From positions 10,385,337 to 10,449,336 of the forward strand of contig CM082586.2 in the NCBI GenBank assembly GCA_040954595.2: 64,000 nt of DNA, written 5' to 3'. This document shows positions 9,058 through 21,204 of the stretch, piece after piece (the first letter of the stretch is position 1; every line of letters begins with the position of its first letter). The translations under genes were made by a program, and so were the position numbers. Source of the DNA: Balanoglossus misakiensis. Its lineage: Eukaryota; Animalia; Hemichordata. The notes beneath the pieces were generated by a model. The model saw nothing but the letters and a program-made list of their open reading frames with translations, made no database searches and was not told where the DNA came from.

Positions 9058-12000
9058 GCGTTAACATAACTTTATCAGAATAAGTTAACGCCATAACTTT
9101 GACAGAATAAGAGTTGCCTCAAACGGCTCTAACCGAATTTCCATTAATAGCAGAACAAACAAGCTGTAATCAATACGCCAACCTTTAAAATATTACTTTA
9201 GAAAGTTTGTATTCATACTTTCTTCAAGTTGTCATAACGCTAACCCGAAATGTGTTTTAGTATTGCCTTTGTATTAATGGGCTAGATTCATGGCGTTATA
9301 TGTCATAAATTAAAAAGACAACCCTTATTGTTTTTGATAATATTTATGTCGGAGAATCCACAATGAAAAATATGTATTTTCAATTTCATAACTCAAAATA
9401 ATTTTCAAATCCATGACCTTATTTTCAACTCCAGTGATCGTACATCCTGAACCTTGTTCCAGTAAATGATTGGTCATTACAGGGTTAATGGGCACTCTCC
9501 CGTTCTCTTCCTCCGCAGTTTCATTCATGTTCTTGTTTGACGGAAATGGGTGTGACCAGACGCTTGAATGTTTTCATGTGGGTTGAGTTGTTCATCGGGA
9601 ACGGCCTCCTGGTGTGTCTGTACAGGTACGCAAGGAGAAACTGCCCACAAGAAGCTGCGAGTGAAACTATTTAAGGTAGTATGTGCCTCGCGGTCCGAGA
9701 TTCTGACAAATGATAGTCCTCAAAACTTTTTCAAGTCATTGATTTACTAAAGTGTGTGGTGAGTCTCTTTGAAAACAACAACAATATTACTCATCATATT
9801 GTAATTTTTTGAAACTATAAAATGAAGTTGACAATGCACCAAACAGATTCTATTTATTTCTTCATGACCATGTTCACCCCAAGGTCATATGGACCTGCAA
9901 GTATATGCCAGAGCCAGAGTCGACATTACCGAAGCCAGAGTTTAAAGCTTACAGGTCACCCCTTGCCAGCTCATGACTAGCTAAACTGCCATGGATGCCA
10001 AGAGATATATGACTACGGTAACCTGTAGATGGTTTCAGTATGTTTGAAGAAAGTGGTGGCGCACTTTTGGCTACATTTGAAATGGCTATGGTACCAGTGG
10101 TTGAATTTGCAAAGGTGACCTTTGACCTGGCATCTTTAAAGATATTAAAGAACGATTTACCATTCCTTGTTGTCGTAAAATGACATCTGTAATAACTTAT
10201 ATTTTATCTGTTCATCTTGAAGTACTATATATTTAAACGCCAATTTTCCATTGCCAATCAAGTTTTTACAAATAAATTGTAATATGCATGTTGATTTTAC
10301 AAAAACTCCTTACTTCCAAGTGAATTCTGTTACACATCACGTAACTATTTTCCCCACGAATTCTTCAGTTGCTAACTCGGAAATTTCATATATTGGGCAG
10401 AAATTGGATACATTACCCAGCCATTAAAATTACAGTTTTCTATTTTAATTGATCGTCCATAACTTCAAGTACTTTGACTTGACATACATTAAAAACATCA
10501 TGGTGAATAAATAAAAATTATTTGATTATCTAATTGTGCATGTTTACATGGTTTTATTTTAGTATGCTGGGTACTTAATGTCTAATGGCTCGCTGATTTT
10601 ATACTGTTCAAGATGACAATCTAATTTTAGTTTTCAGCTGATAATTGAAATCAATGATTCAAAAAAATTGAATTTTGACATGAATAAACTTCTTGTTCAT
10701 GGCAGTTGCTGTGTTTTGTTTCATTTGTATTCAATTTTTGCAAGCATACCATTGAGCACAGTTTGATTTGATTAAACACGTTTATCGGAAAATTTTGTCA
10801 TTTGAAATATCTGTTTTTGCGCCCTCTACCATTTGACCAAATGATTCTCTTATTTTGGTGGCCTTTGTCTGTGTATATGAGAATACTATAGTACTCTCGC
10901 ATCGATCATAGTAGAAGTTGATAACGTCTCTTGCCACGTGGCCTGGAAGAAAGGCGATCTTTAGAGTAAAAAAAACAAACTATCCAGATAGGAAGCTAGA
11001 AAAGAAGTTGAATCGTTGAAATTTTATTTATTTTATATTGTTAATATCGTTGGTGATGTTGACTGGCCGACAATCTTTGTCACACGAGTCTTTGCAGGCA
11101 GATTAAAACATTGCCTATTCCAGCAATAATCACAACAGGAGTGTGTCACACAGGAGACAGTTGGGATTATAGTCATAATCTACCTTAGTTTGTTGTCAAC
11201 AACCAGATGTGGTCGCATTCCGTGCATCCGTGCATATTTTGGAACAACGACTCTATCGAACAGACGTATTTCAAACACCTTGGAGAAAAACATCGATGAC
11301 CAGTGGAATTGACTGTCGCTTGAAATCCGATAGGAATACACCTGTTTACGGTGGACGATACCGACACTCCTCTGCTAACTTAATCTGCTCTGCTAACTGT
11401 ACCTGCTTTGATTAAGTTGCGTCTAAAACTTTCCTTACAATACAATGTGGGTCTCGACTGTCGGTCCCAACTATAGCGACGACAGCCTCGGTATGTTTCG
11501 CCGATAGCAATCCGGAGATGAAATTTGCATACAGCAATATCTTTCAAGATAAATAATTTATGTCCTAAAGGTATTACTTTTAGTGGTCTGACGGAGACGT
11601 TTTCTGCTGTAACATGCAAAACCTGCGGCGGACCTGAGGTCATGTTGCGAACACTGTAGTTTTGTTACGCCCGCCATCCTTCGGACGTTTACCTCATCGG
11701 GGCTTCTTTGGGGAATCAGCCACGTCCGAAGGGTGAGAGTGTAAATTCTCTCCCTCTCCTTCTCCACCCAACATATTCATAGAGTCAGAGAGAGGTACCC
11801 GGCATATCGTAAACTTAACGAGAGGCATAACGAGACTTTCAACAAGTTTTCCGAGTAACACAAATAGTTGTGGTTTATTACTGGTCACACGTAAGAATTA
11901 CACGACTCTATCCATGCTCGTTGACTCCCGTCACGGATCTCCGGTGATAATAATGTGATATCAAATTTCACCACCTCTTATTAATACGTTAGTCAAGTAT

Positions 12001-12120
12001 TATGTCATAAAAGGAACACGTCATCTTAATATTTCTTAAACATGAACTTAGCGCGTGATATCTCTATCTCGTTCTGACATGTATCAATTACACAATCTTG
12101 TTTACTCTGAGTCAAATACC

Positions 12121-14710
12121 TATTTTTTTTTGGTGATTTTCACCGATGTTTTTTTTTTCAAAAATCGACGAACCAATGATTTTTTTCAAAATCGACGAAA
12201 TTTTGAGATTATGCAAAGTCGAAAATTTTTCATTTTTTGATGATTTTCACCCATGATTTTTTTCAAAAATCTACGAAATTTTGAGATTTTGCAAACTCGA
12301 AAATTTGTCATTTTTTTATGATTTTCACCCATGATTTTTTTTTAAAAATCGACGAACCCATAATTTTTTTCAAAATCGACGAAATTTTGAGATTTTGCAG
12401 TCTAAAATGTTTCATTTTTTGATGATTTTCACCCATGTTTTTTTTTCAAAAATCGACGAACCCATGTTTTTTTTCAAAAGTCGACGAAATTTTGAGATTT
12501 TGCAGTCTTAAATTTGTCATTTTTTGATGGTTTTCACCCATGTTTTTTTAAAAAATCGACGAACCCGTGATTTTTTTTCAAAATCGACGAAATTTTGAGA
12601 TTTTGCAAAATCAAAAATTTGTCATTTTTTGATGATTTTCACCCATGTTTTTTTTTTCAGAAATCGACGAACGCATGTTTTTTTTCAAAAATCGACGAAA
12701 TTTTGAGATTTTGCAGTCGAAAATTTGTCATTTTTTGATGGTTTTCACCCATGTTTTTTTAAAAAATCGACGAACCCGTGATTTTTTTCAAAATCGACGA
12801 AATTTTGAGATTTTGCAAAATCAAAAATTTGTCATTTTTTTGATGATTTTCACCCATGATTTTTTTTCAAAAATCGACGAAATTTTGAGATTTGCAGTCG
12901 AAAATTTGTCATTTTTTGATGATTTTCACCCATGATTTTTTCAAAAATCGACGAACCCATATTTTTTTTCAAAATCGACGAAATTTTGAGATTTTGCAAA
13001 GTCGAAAATTTGTCATTTTTTGATGATTTTCACCCATGTTTTTTTTTTCAAAAATCGACGATATTTTGAGATTTCGCAAAGTTGAAAATTTGACATTTGT
13101 TGATGATTTTCATGAGCTATAGCCTATGATTTTTTTTTCAAAAATCGACGAAATTTTGAGATTTTGCAGTCGAAAATTTGTCATTTTGTTGATTTTCACC
13201 CATGTTTTTTTTAAACAATCGACGAACCCATGATTTTTTTTCAAAATCGACGAACTTTTGAGATTTTGCAAAATCGAAAATTTGTCATTTTTTGATGATT
13301 TTCACCCATGATTTTTTTTCAAAAATCGACGAACCCATAATTTTTTTCAAAATCGACGAAATTTTGAGATTTTGCAAAGTCGAAAATTTTTCATTTTTTG
13401 ATGATTTTCACCCATGTTTTTTTAAAAAATCAACGAACCCATGATTTTTTTTCAAAATCGACGAAATTTTGAAATTTTGCAAAATCAAAAATTTGTCGTT
13501 TTTTTGAGGATTTTCACCCATGATTTTTTTTTCAAAAATCGACGAAATTTTGAGATTTTGCAGTCGAAAATTTGTAAATTTTTGATGATTTTCACCCATG
13601 TTTTTTAAAAAAATCAACGAACCCATGCTTTTTTTCAAAAGTCGACGAAATTTTAAGATTTTGCAGTCTTAAATTTGTCATTTTTTGATGGTTTTCACTC
13701 ATGTTTTTTTAAAAAATCGACGAACCCGTGATTTTTTTTCAAAATCGACGAAATTTTGAGATTTTGCAAAATCAAAAATTTGTCATTTTTTTGATGATTT
13801 TCACCCATGATTTTTTTTCGAAAATCGACGAAATTTTGAGATTTTGCAGTCGAAAATTTGTCATTTTTTGAAGATTTTCACCCATGATTTTTTTCAAAAA
13901 TCGACGAACCCATAATTTTTTTCAAAATCGACGAAATTTTGACATTTTGCAAAGTCGAAAATTTGTCATTTTTTGATGATTTTCACCCATGTTTTTTTTC
14001 AAAAATCGACGAACCCATGGTTTTTTTTCAAAAATCGACGATATTTTGAGATTTCGCAAAGTTGAAAATTTGACATTTGTTGATGATTTTCATGAGCTAC
14101 AGCCAATGATTTTTTTTTCAAAAATCGACGAAATTTTGAGATTTTGCAGTCGAAAATTTGTCATTTTGTTGATTTTCACCCATGTTTTTTTTAAACAATC
14201 GACGAACCCATGATTTTTTTTCAAAATCGGCGAACTTTTGAGATTTGGAAAATCGAAAATTTGTCATTTTTTGATGATTTTCACCCATGATTTTTTTACA
14301 AAAATCGACGAACCCATGATTTTTTTCAAAATCGACGAAATTTTGAGGTTTTGCAAAGTCGAAAATTTTTCATTTTTTGATGATTTTCACCCATGTTTTT
14401 TTTTAAAAATCAACGAACCCATGATTTTTTTTCCAAATCGACGAAATTTTGAGATTTTGCAAAGTCGAAAATTCACCCATGTTTTTTTAAAAAATCAACG
14501 AACCCATGATTTTTTTCAAAATCGATGAAATTTTGAGATTTTGCAAAGTCGAAAATTCACCCATGTTTTTTTTCAAAAATCGACGAACCCATAATTTTTT
14601 TCAAAATCGACGAAATTTTGAGATTTTGCAAAATCAAAAATTTGTCATTTTTTGATGATTTTCACCATGATTTTTTTTCAAAAATCGACCAAATTTTGAG
14701 ATTTTGCAGT
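12121..14710 (-). repeat. 78-bp satellite, T-rich (reverse) orientation, heterogeneous edge block
   Basis: Tandem …TTTTCAAAAATCGACGAAATTTTGAGATTTTGCAAAGTCGAAAATTTGTCATTTTTTGATGATTTTCACCCATG… with a frequent sub-unit of about 30 bp (AAAAATCGACGAACCCATG). Confidence 0.97.
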
Positions 14711-16440
14711 TAGTGCGGTATGGTATGTCATGAAAAACAGCTCCCGTAGGATTGTTGTGCTAAAATTGATTTTTTTGCTGTTTTGGCTTCTATTGGGACC
14801 CAACTACCCGAAAATGATGGGGTGCAATTTTAAGGGCCCCTCCATCATATTTTTCTCGGGGGGGGGGGTACTTCCGTTTTGTGGTATGATGTGTATTCCC
14901 GTAGGATTTTTGTGCTAAAATTGATTTTTTTGCTCTTTTGGCTTCTATGGGGACCCAACTACCCGAAAATGATGGGGTGCAATTTTTAGTGCCCCTCCAT
15001 CATATTTTTTCGGGGGGGGGGGTCGTCACTCCTGTTTTGGCCTCCCCGAAGATATTTATTCACCTATCTACTCCATTTTCGTAGAATTTTCTGCTAAAGA
15101 ATTTTTTTTTTGCTGTTTTGACACCTGGTCACAAAAGATCACATGCAAATTTTAGGGCCCCTCTATTACATTTGTGGGGGGGGGGGGGGCACTTACATTC
15201 CGACAATCTTAACGGTATTTGTTCACCTATACCGTGTATTCTCGTAGGAGTTTTTGCTAATAGTTATTTGTTTTGTTTGCTGTTTTGGTTTCAATGATGA
15301 ATAAACATCCCCAAAATGATGGAAATCAATTTGTTGGACCCCTCCATCACATTTTCTTGCAGGGGGGGGGGGGTCACTTTAGTTTTAGCAGCCCTGGAGA
15401 TATTTGTTCATAGTGTGACATGTGTATTTGTAAAGGATTTCTTCCAATTTCTTTTTTTTTAACTTCTATGGGGACCTAACTGCTCAAAAATGAGGTCAAA
15501 TTTTAGGGCCTCTCCACATATTGGGAATCTTAAATATTAGACGGTTTATGGGTAAACATATCAGTTACCTACATTTGTATCAGTTGTCATATATACTACA
15601 GCGCTATCTTATTTTTATAAATATACTTAGTTGAATTTTGACACTAACAAATCAACCACAAATATCTCTCTGGTTTGGACTTAGCATAATATACCTCCCC
15701 TCACCTTGGACCGCCACCCAACTCATCACCACACTCATGTTTTCTATGGTTTACAAAAATATAGTATACTAGGCTATACCAAATAGTGAACACCTATTGC
15801 CTGGCCATGAGGGCCATAGCAGCCGTTTATTACACCCGAGGGGCCGTGAGTTACCAGAATCATATGCATATGATTCTGGTAACTTTTTCGTTAAGAGTTG
15901 TTTATTCTTTCGTAGCACAATCAATGTCTGAGATATTTACCATTGTACTAAAATTCTCATCGATATAAGTCTGTGCATAAACTCTGAAGTACGTTTTAAT
16001 CAACACTTGTTTTTTGGGGTATTAAAACGATATTCAGTTGAACTCATTTCAAAGTTAAATACTGTCGTAAATAAAGCCATATCAGTTGAAGTATTGTCTA
16101 TTTTAAAGTAGTATTTTCAAAATTTTCATGCCAATAGCAAAATAGTGCTGTAAAAAGCCCTTGAACTATGTCTTACTTCTAAAACTTGTTTTGGTAAACA
16201 TTAACAATATCAAATTTGGCTCATTTTGTAGCTCAATACTACTGAAAATAAAACAAGTCTGTGAACTACATCTCAGTTTTATTACTAAATACATATTGGC
16301 TATTTTCTTAGCACCGTAAGCAGCGTTTTACGTTCCAGTTCGATAGCTATTAGGACATTTTGCAATAAACTACAGAATTAATATGTAGATAAAAATAAGA
16401 TTTGCGTGATCTGTGAAAAGGGTGCCACCCCTTCATCACA

Positions 16441-16674
16441 ATGAGAGATAAATCATACGCAACAAATTGTCCTGAACTTCCCCCAATCAAAAAGAATGGG
16501 TGGAAATCGGAGAATGGCGTGTTTTATCCAGTAAAATGTCTTGCTCTCCCTGCACCAAAGGCAGTACTAGAGCTTATCAAATGTGGCTGCAAAGCAGGTT
16601 GTAGGGGACGTTGCAGTTGCTCAAAGAATGATTTACTATGTACTCCCCTCTGCAAATGCTATGGTGGAGACTGA
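16441..16674 (+). pseudogene. C-terminal remnant of an Academ-type transposase (GW..P..PAP..LELIKCGC..C..RCSC..L.CT.LCKC; tesmin/CXC-like Cys cluster), copy 1
   Basis: The translated motif matches, from recall, the Cys-rich tail of Academ transposases. No upstream catalytic domain is present. Confidence 0.75.
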
Positions 16675-16675
16675 A

Positions 16676-17075
16676 AACCCATGATTTTTTTCAAAATCGA
16701 CGAAATTTTGAGGTTTTGCAAAGTCGAAAATTTTTCATTTTTTGATGATTTTCACCCATGTTTTTTTTTAAAAATCAACGAACCCATGATTTTTTTTCCA
16801 AATCGACGAAATTTTGAGATTTTGCAAAGTCGAAAATTCACCCATGTTTTTTTAAAAAATCAACGAACCCATGATTTTTTTCAAAATCGATGAAATTTTG
16901 AGATTTTGCAAAGTCGAAAATTCACCCATGTTTTTTTTCAAAAATCGACGAACCCATAATTTTTTTCAAAATCGACGAAATTTTGAGATTTTGCAAAATC
17001 AAAAATTTGTCATTTTTTGATGATTTTCACCATGATTTTTTTTCAAAAATCGACCAAATTTTGAGATTTTGCAGT
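16676..17075 (-). repeat. 78-bp satellite segment carried in by the tandem duplication
   Basis: Copy of 14311-14710, including the diagnostic GAGGTTTTGC variant. Confidence 0.95.
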
Positions 17076-18805
17076 TAGTGCGGTATGGTATGTCATGAAA
17101 AACAGCTCCCGTAGGATTGTTGTGCTAAAATTGATTTTTTTGCTGTTTTGGCTTCTATTGGGACCCAACTACCCGAAAATGATGGGGTGCAATTTTAAGG
17201 GCCCCTCCATCATATTTTTCTCGGGGGGGGGGGTACTTCCGTTTTGTGGTATGATGTGTATTCCCGTAGGATTTTTGTGCTAAAATTGATTTTTTTGCTC
17301 TTTTGGCTTCTATGGGGACCCAACTACCCGAAAATGATGGGGTGCAATTTTTAGTGCCCCTCCATCATATTTTTTCGGGGGGGGGGGGGTCGTCACTCCT
17401 GTTTTGGCCTCCCCGAAGATATTTATTCACCTATCTACTCCATTTTCGTAGAATTTTCTGCTAAAGAATTTTTTTTTTGCTGTTTTGACACCTGGTCACA
17501 AAAGATCACATGCAAATTTTAGGGCCCCTCTATTACATTTGTGGGGGGGGGGGGCACTTACATTCCGACAATCTTAACGGTATTTGTTCACCTATACCGT
17601 GTATTCTCGTAGGAGTTTTTGCTAATAGTTATTTGTTTTGTTTGCTGTTTTGGTTTCAATGATGAATAAACATCCCCAAAATGATGGAAATCAATTTGTT
17701 GGACCCCTCCATCACATTTTCTTGCAGGGGGGGGGGGTCACTTTAGTTTTAGCAGCCCTGGAGATATTTGTTCATAGTGTGACATGTGTATTTGTAAAGG
17801 ATTTCTTCCAATTTCTTTTTTTTTAACTTCTATGGGGACCTAACTGCTCAAAAATGAGGTCAAATTTTAGGGCCTCTCCACATATTGGGAATCTTAAATA
17901 TTAGACGGTTTATGGGTAAACATATCAGTTACCTACATTTGTATCAGTTGTCATATATACTACAGCGCTATCTTATTTTTATAAATATACTTAGTTGAAT
18001 TTTGACACTAACAAATCAACCACAAATATCTCTCTGGTTTGGACTTAGCATAATATACCTCCCCTCACCTTGGACCGCCACCCAACTCATCACCACACTC
18101 ATGTTTTCTATGGTTTACAAAAATATAGTATACTAGGCTATACCAAATAGTGAACACCTATTGCCTGGCCATGAGGGCCATAGCAGCCGTTTATTACACC
18201 CGAGGGGCCGTGAGTTACCAGAATCATATGCATATGATTCTGGTAACTTTTTCGTTAAGAGTTGTTTATTCTTTCGTAGCACAATCAATGTCTGAGATAT
18301 TTACCATTGTACTAAAATTCTCATCGATATAAGTCTGTGCATAAACTCTGAAGTACGTTTTAATCAACACTTGTTTTTTGGGGTATTAAAACGATATTCA
18401 GTTGAACTCATTTCAAAGTTAAATACTGTCGTAAATAAAGCCATATCAGTTGAAGTATTGTCTATTTTAAAGTAGTATTTTCAAAATTTTCATGCCAATA
18501 GCAAAATAGTGCTGTAAAAAGCCCTTGAACTATGTCTTACTTCTAAAACTTGTTTTGGTAAACATTAACAATATCAAATTTGGCTCATTTTGTAGCTCAA
18601 TACTACTGAAAATAAAACAAGTCTGTGAACTACATCTCAGTTTTATTACTAAATACATATTGGCTATTTTCTTAGCACCGTAAGCAGCGTTTTACGTTCC
18701 AGTTCGATAGCTATTAGGACATTTTGCAATAAACTACAGAATTAATATGTAGATAAAAAATAAGATTTGCGTGATCTGTGAAAAGGGTGCCACCCCTTCA
18801 TCACA

Positions 18806-19039
18806 ATGAGAGATAAATCATACGCAACAAATTGTCCTGAACTTCCCCCAATCAAAAAGAATGGGTGGAAATCGGAGAATGGCGTGTTTTATCCAGTAAA
18901 ATGTCTTGCTCTCCCTGCACCAAAGGCAGTACTAGAGCTTATCAAATGTGGCTGCAAAGCAGGTTGTAGGGGACGTTGCAGTTGCTCAAAGAATGATTTA
19001 CTATGTACTCCCCTCTGCAAATGCTATGGTGGAGACTGA
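18806..19039 (+). pseudogene. C-terminal remnant of an Academ-type transposase, copy 2
   Basis: Translation identical to 16441..16674. Confidence 0.75.
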
Positions 19040-20226
19040 AAACCAGGGGGAAATGTTCTTGAAGATAACGACACTGGCGATGAGTAGATCAAACAGAACT
19101 GGGTTTCGTGAAAATGATGATTGAGAATACCAAGATATCAGAAAAGAATCGTTATGCTTCTTGGGTTGTTTATTGCACCGTCCGTGGTAGGGAGGGTGCC
19201 TCAAGGGTCCATTTTATGAGATGGGACTGTAGCTCGGAAAATAAACTAAAATACACATTATGTACTTTATTATATATAAAGGAGTTTTAATTTACCTTAG
19301 TATACTAAATTTAGAATAAACGAAAAAATCTAAGATAAAAAAAAACTACTGTTACAACGGGTTGGCGAAAACAAATATAGAGAACCCCCCCCCCCCCCCC
19401 ACCAAAAAATGTGGTAAAGGGGTCCAACATTTTGCACACCATCACTTTTCGGCAGTCAGTCTGCATTCAAGCCAAAGGAGCAAACCAAATTGCAAGAAAT
19501 ACCACGACAATACTAACCGTATAGTAAATAGGTGAATAAGTATCTTCAGGGTGGCCAAAACAGAAATGATTACCCTCCCCCCCCCCAAGACATGATGGAA
19601 GGTTCCAAAAATTTGAACCCCATCATTTTAGTTCTGGTGGAGCCCCATTGAAACCAAAACATCAAAGAAAAATAATATTTTTAGCAAAATATTCTATGAG
19701 AAGGGAGTAAATAGGCCAACAAACAACTTCGGAGTGGCCAAAATGGAAGTGCCCCCCCCCCCAAATAAAAAATGATGGAGGGGCCCTATAATTTGCACCC
19801 GATTATTTTTGGCCAGGTTGGTCTCCTCCAAAGCAAACACAACAAAAACAAATTAATTGTAGCCCAAATTCCCATGATGATAGAGTAAATAGGTGAACAA
19901 ATATCCTCGAGTGACCAAAACAGAAGAGACCCCCCGAAAAAAATTGATGGAGGGGCCCTAAAAATTGCACCCCATGATTTTTGGGTAGTTGGGTCCCCAT
20001 TGAAGCCAAACAGCAAAAAAAATCAATTTTAGCAGAAAAATCCTACGGGAATACACATCATACCACAAAACGGAAGTACCCCCCCCCCCCCAGAAAAATA
20101 TGATGGAGGGGCCCTTAAAATTGCACCCCATCATTTTCGGGTAGTTGGGTCCCCGTAGAAGCCAAAACAGCAAAAAAATCAATTTTAGCACAAAAATCCT
20201 ACGGGAATACACATCATACCACACTA

Positions 20227-21159
20227 AGTCGAAAATTTGTAATTTTTTGATGATTTTCACCCATGTTTTTTTTTTCAAAAATCGACGAACCCATGATTTT
20301 TTTCGAAATCGACGAAATTTTGAGATTTTGCAGTCGAAAATTTGTCATTTTTTGATGATTTTCACCCATGATTTTTTTCAAAAATCGACGAACCCATAAT
20401 TTTTTTCAAAATCGACGAAATTTTGAGATTTCGCAAAGTTGAAAATTTGACATTTGTTGATGATTTTCATGAGCTATAGCCCATGATTTTTTTTTCAAAA
20501 TCGACGAACCCATGTTTTTTTTTTCAAAAATCGACGATATTTTGAGATTTCGCAAAGTTGAAAATTTGACATTTGTTGATGATTTTCATGAGCTATAGCC
20601 CATGATTTTTTATTTCAAAAATCGACTAAATTTTGAGATTTGCAAAGTCGAACATTGGTCATTTTGATGATTTTCACCCATTTTTTTTTTTCAAAAATCG
20701 ACGAACCCATAATATTTTTTCAAAATCGACGAAATTTTGAGATTTTGCAAAGTCGAAAATTTGTCATTTTTTGATGATTTTCATCCATGTTTTTTTTCAC
20801 AATTCAACGAACCCATGATTGTTTTCAAAATCGACGAAATTTTGAGATTTTGCAAGAACCCATGATTTTTTTCAAATTCGACGAAATTTTGAGATTTTGC
20901 AAAGTCGAAAATTTGTCATTTTTTGATGATTTTCACCCATGATTTTTTGCAAAAATCGACGAACCCATGATTTTTTTCCAAAATCGACGAAATTTTGAGA
21001 TTTTGCAAAGTCGAAAATTTGTCATTTTTTGATGATTTTCATCCATATTTTTTTTTTCAAAATTCAACGAACCCATGATTTTTTTCAAAATCGACGAAAT
21101 TTTGAGATTTTGCAAGAACCCATGATTTTTTTCAAAATCGACGAAATATTGAGATTTTG
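20227..21159 (-). repeat. 78-bp satellite, reverse orientation (continues the 12121-14710 block)
   Basis: Resumes in register after the AGT TSD and shares the GAGCTATAGCC variant with 13113-13125. Confidence 0.95.
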
Positions 21160-21204
21160 CAAAATCTCAAAATTTCGTCGATTTTGAAAAAAAATCATGG
21201 GTTC
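21116..21204. other. Spacerless palindrome marking the satellite orientation switch
   Basis: GAACCCATG…CGACGAAATATTGAGATTTTG|CAAAATCTCAAAATTTCGTCG…CATGGGTTC. Arms are about 44 bp with one mismatch and one homopolymer indel; the centre is 21159/21160. Confidence 0.93.

Larger units (their letters stand above)
14311..19040. repeat. 2365-bp tandem duplication (14311-16675 and 16676-19040) with 4-bp microhomology AACC
   Basis: Identical ORF pairs 14730/17095, 15786/18150 and 16441/18806 (offsets 2364-2365). The junction GACTGAA-AACC-CATG joins element sequence (GACTGAAAACCAGG at 19034) to satellite (GAACCCATG at 14310). Confidence 0.95.
14711..20226 (+). mobile_element. Internally deleted Academ-type DNA transposon inserted in the satellite; left part duplicated (second left end at 17076)
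   Basis: Satellite …TTTTGC AGT|TAGTGCGGTATG … CATACCACACTA|AGT CGAAAA…: TAG…CTA termini and a 3-bp TSD AGT (14708-14710 and 20227-20229). Long inverted arms (about 14711-15530 vs 19380-20226; the outer ~300 bp are very similar). Contains a Cys-rich transposase C-terminal remnant. Confidence 0.8.

Noticed and set aside
9100-12100. Possible host-gene exons or short ORFs
   Set aside because: No recognisable protein motifs or consistent exon chain. It may hold UTR or regulatory sequence, but I cannot support a call.
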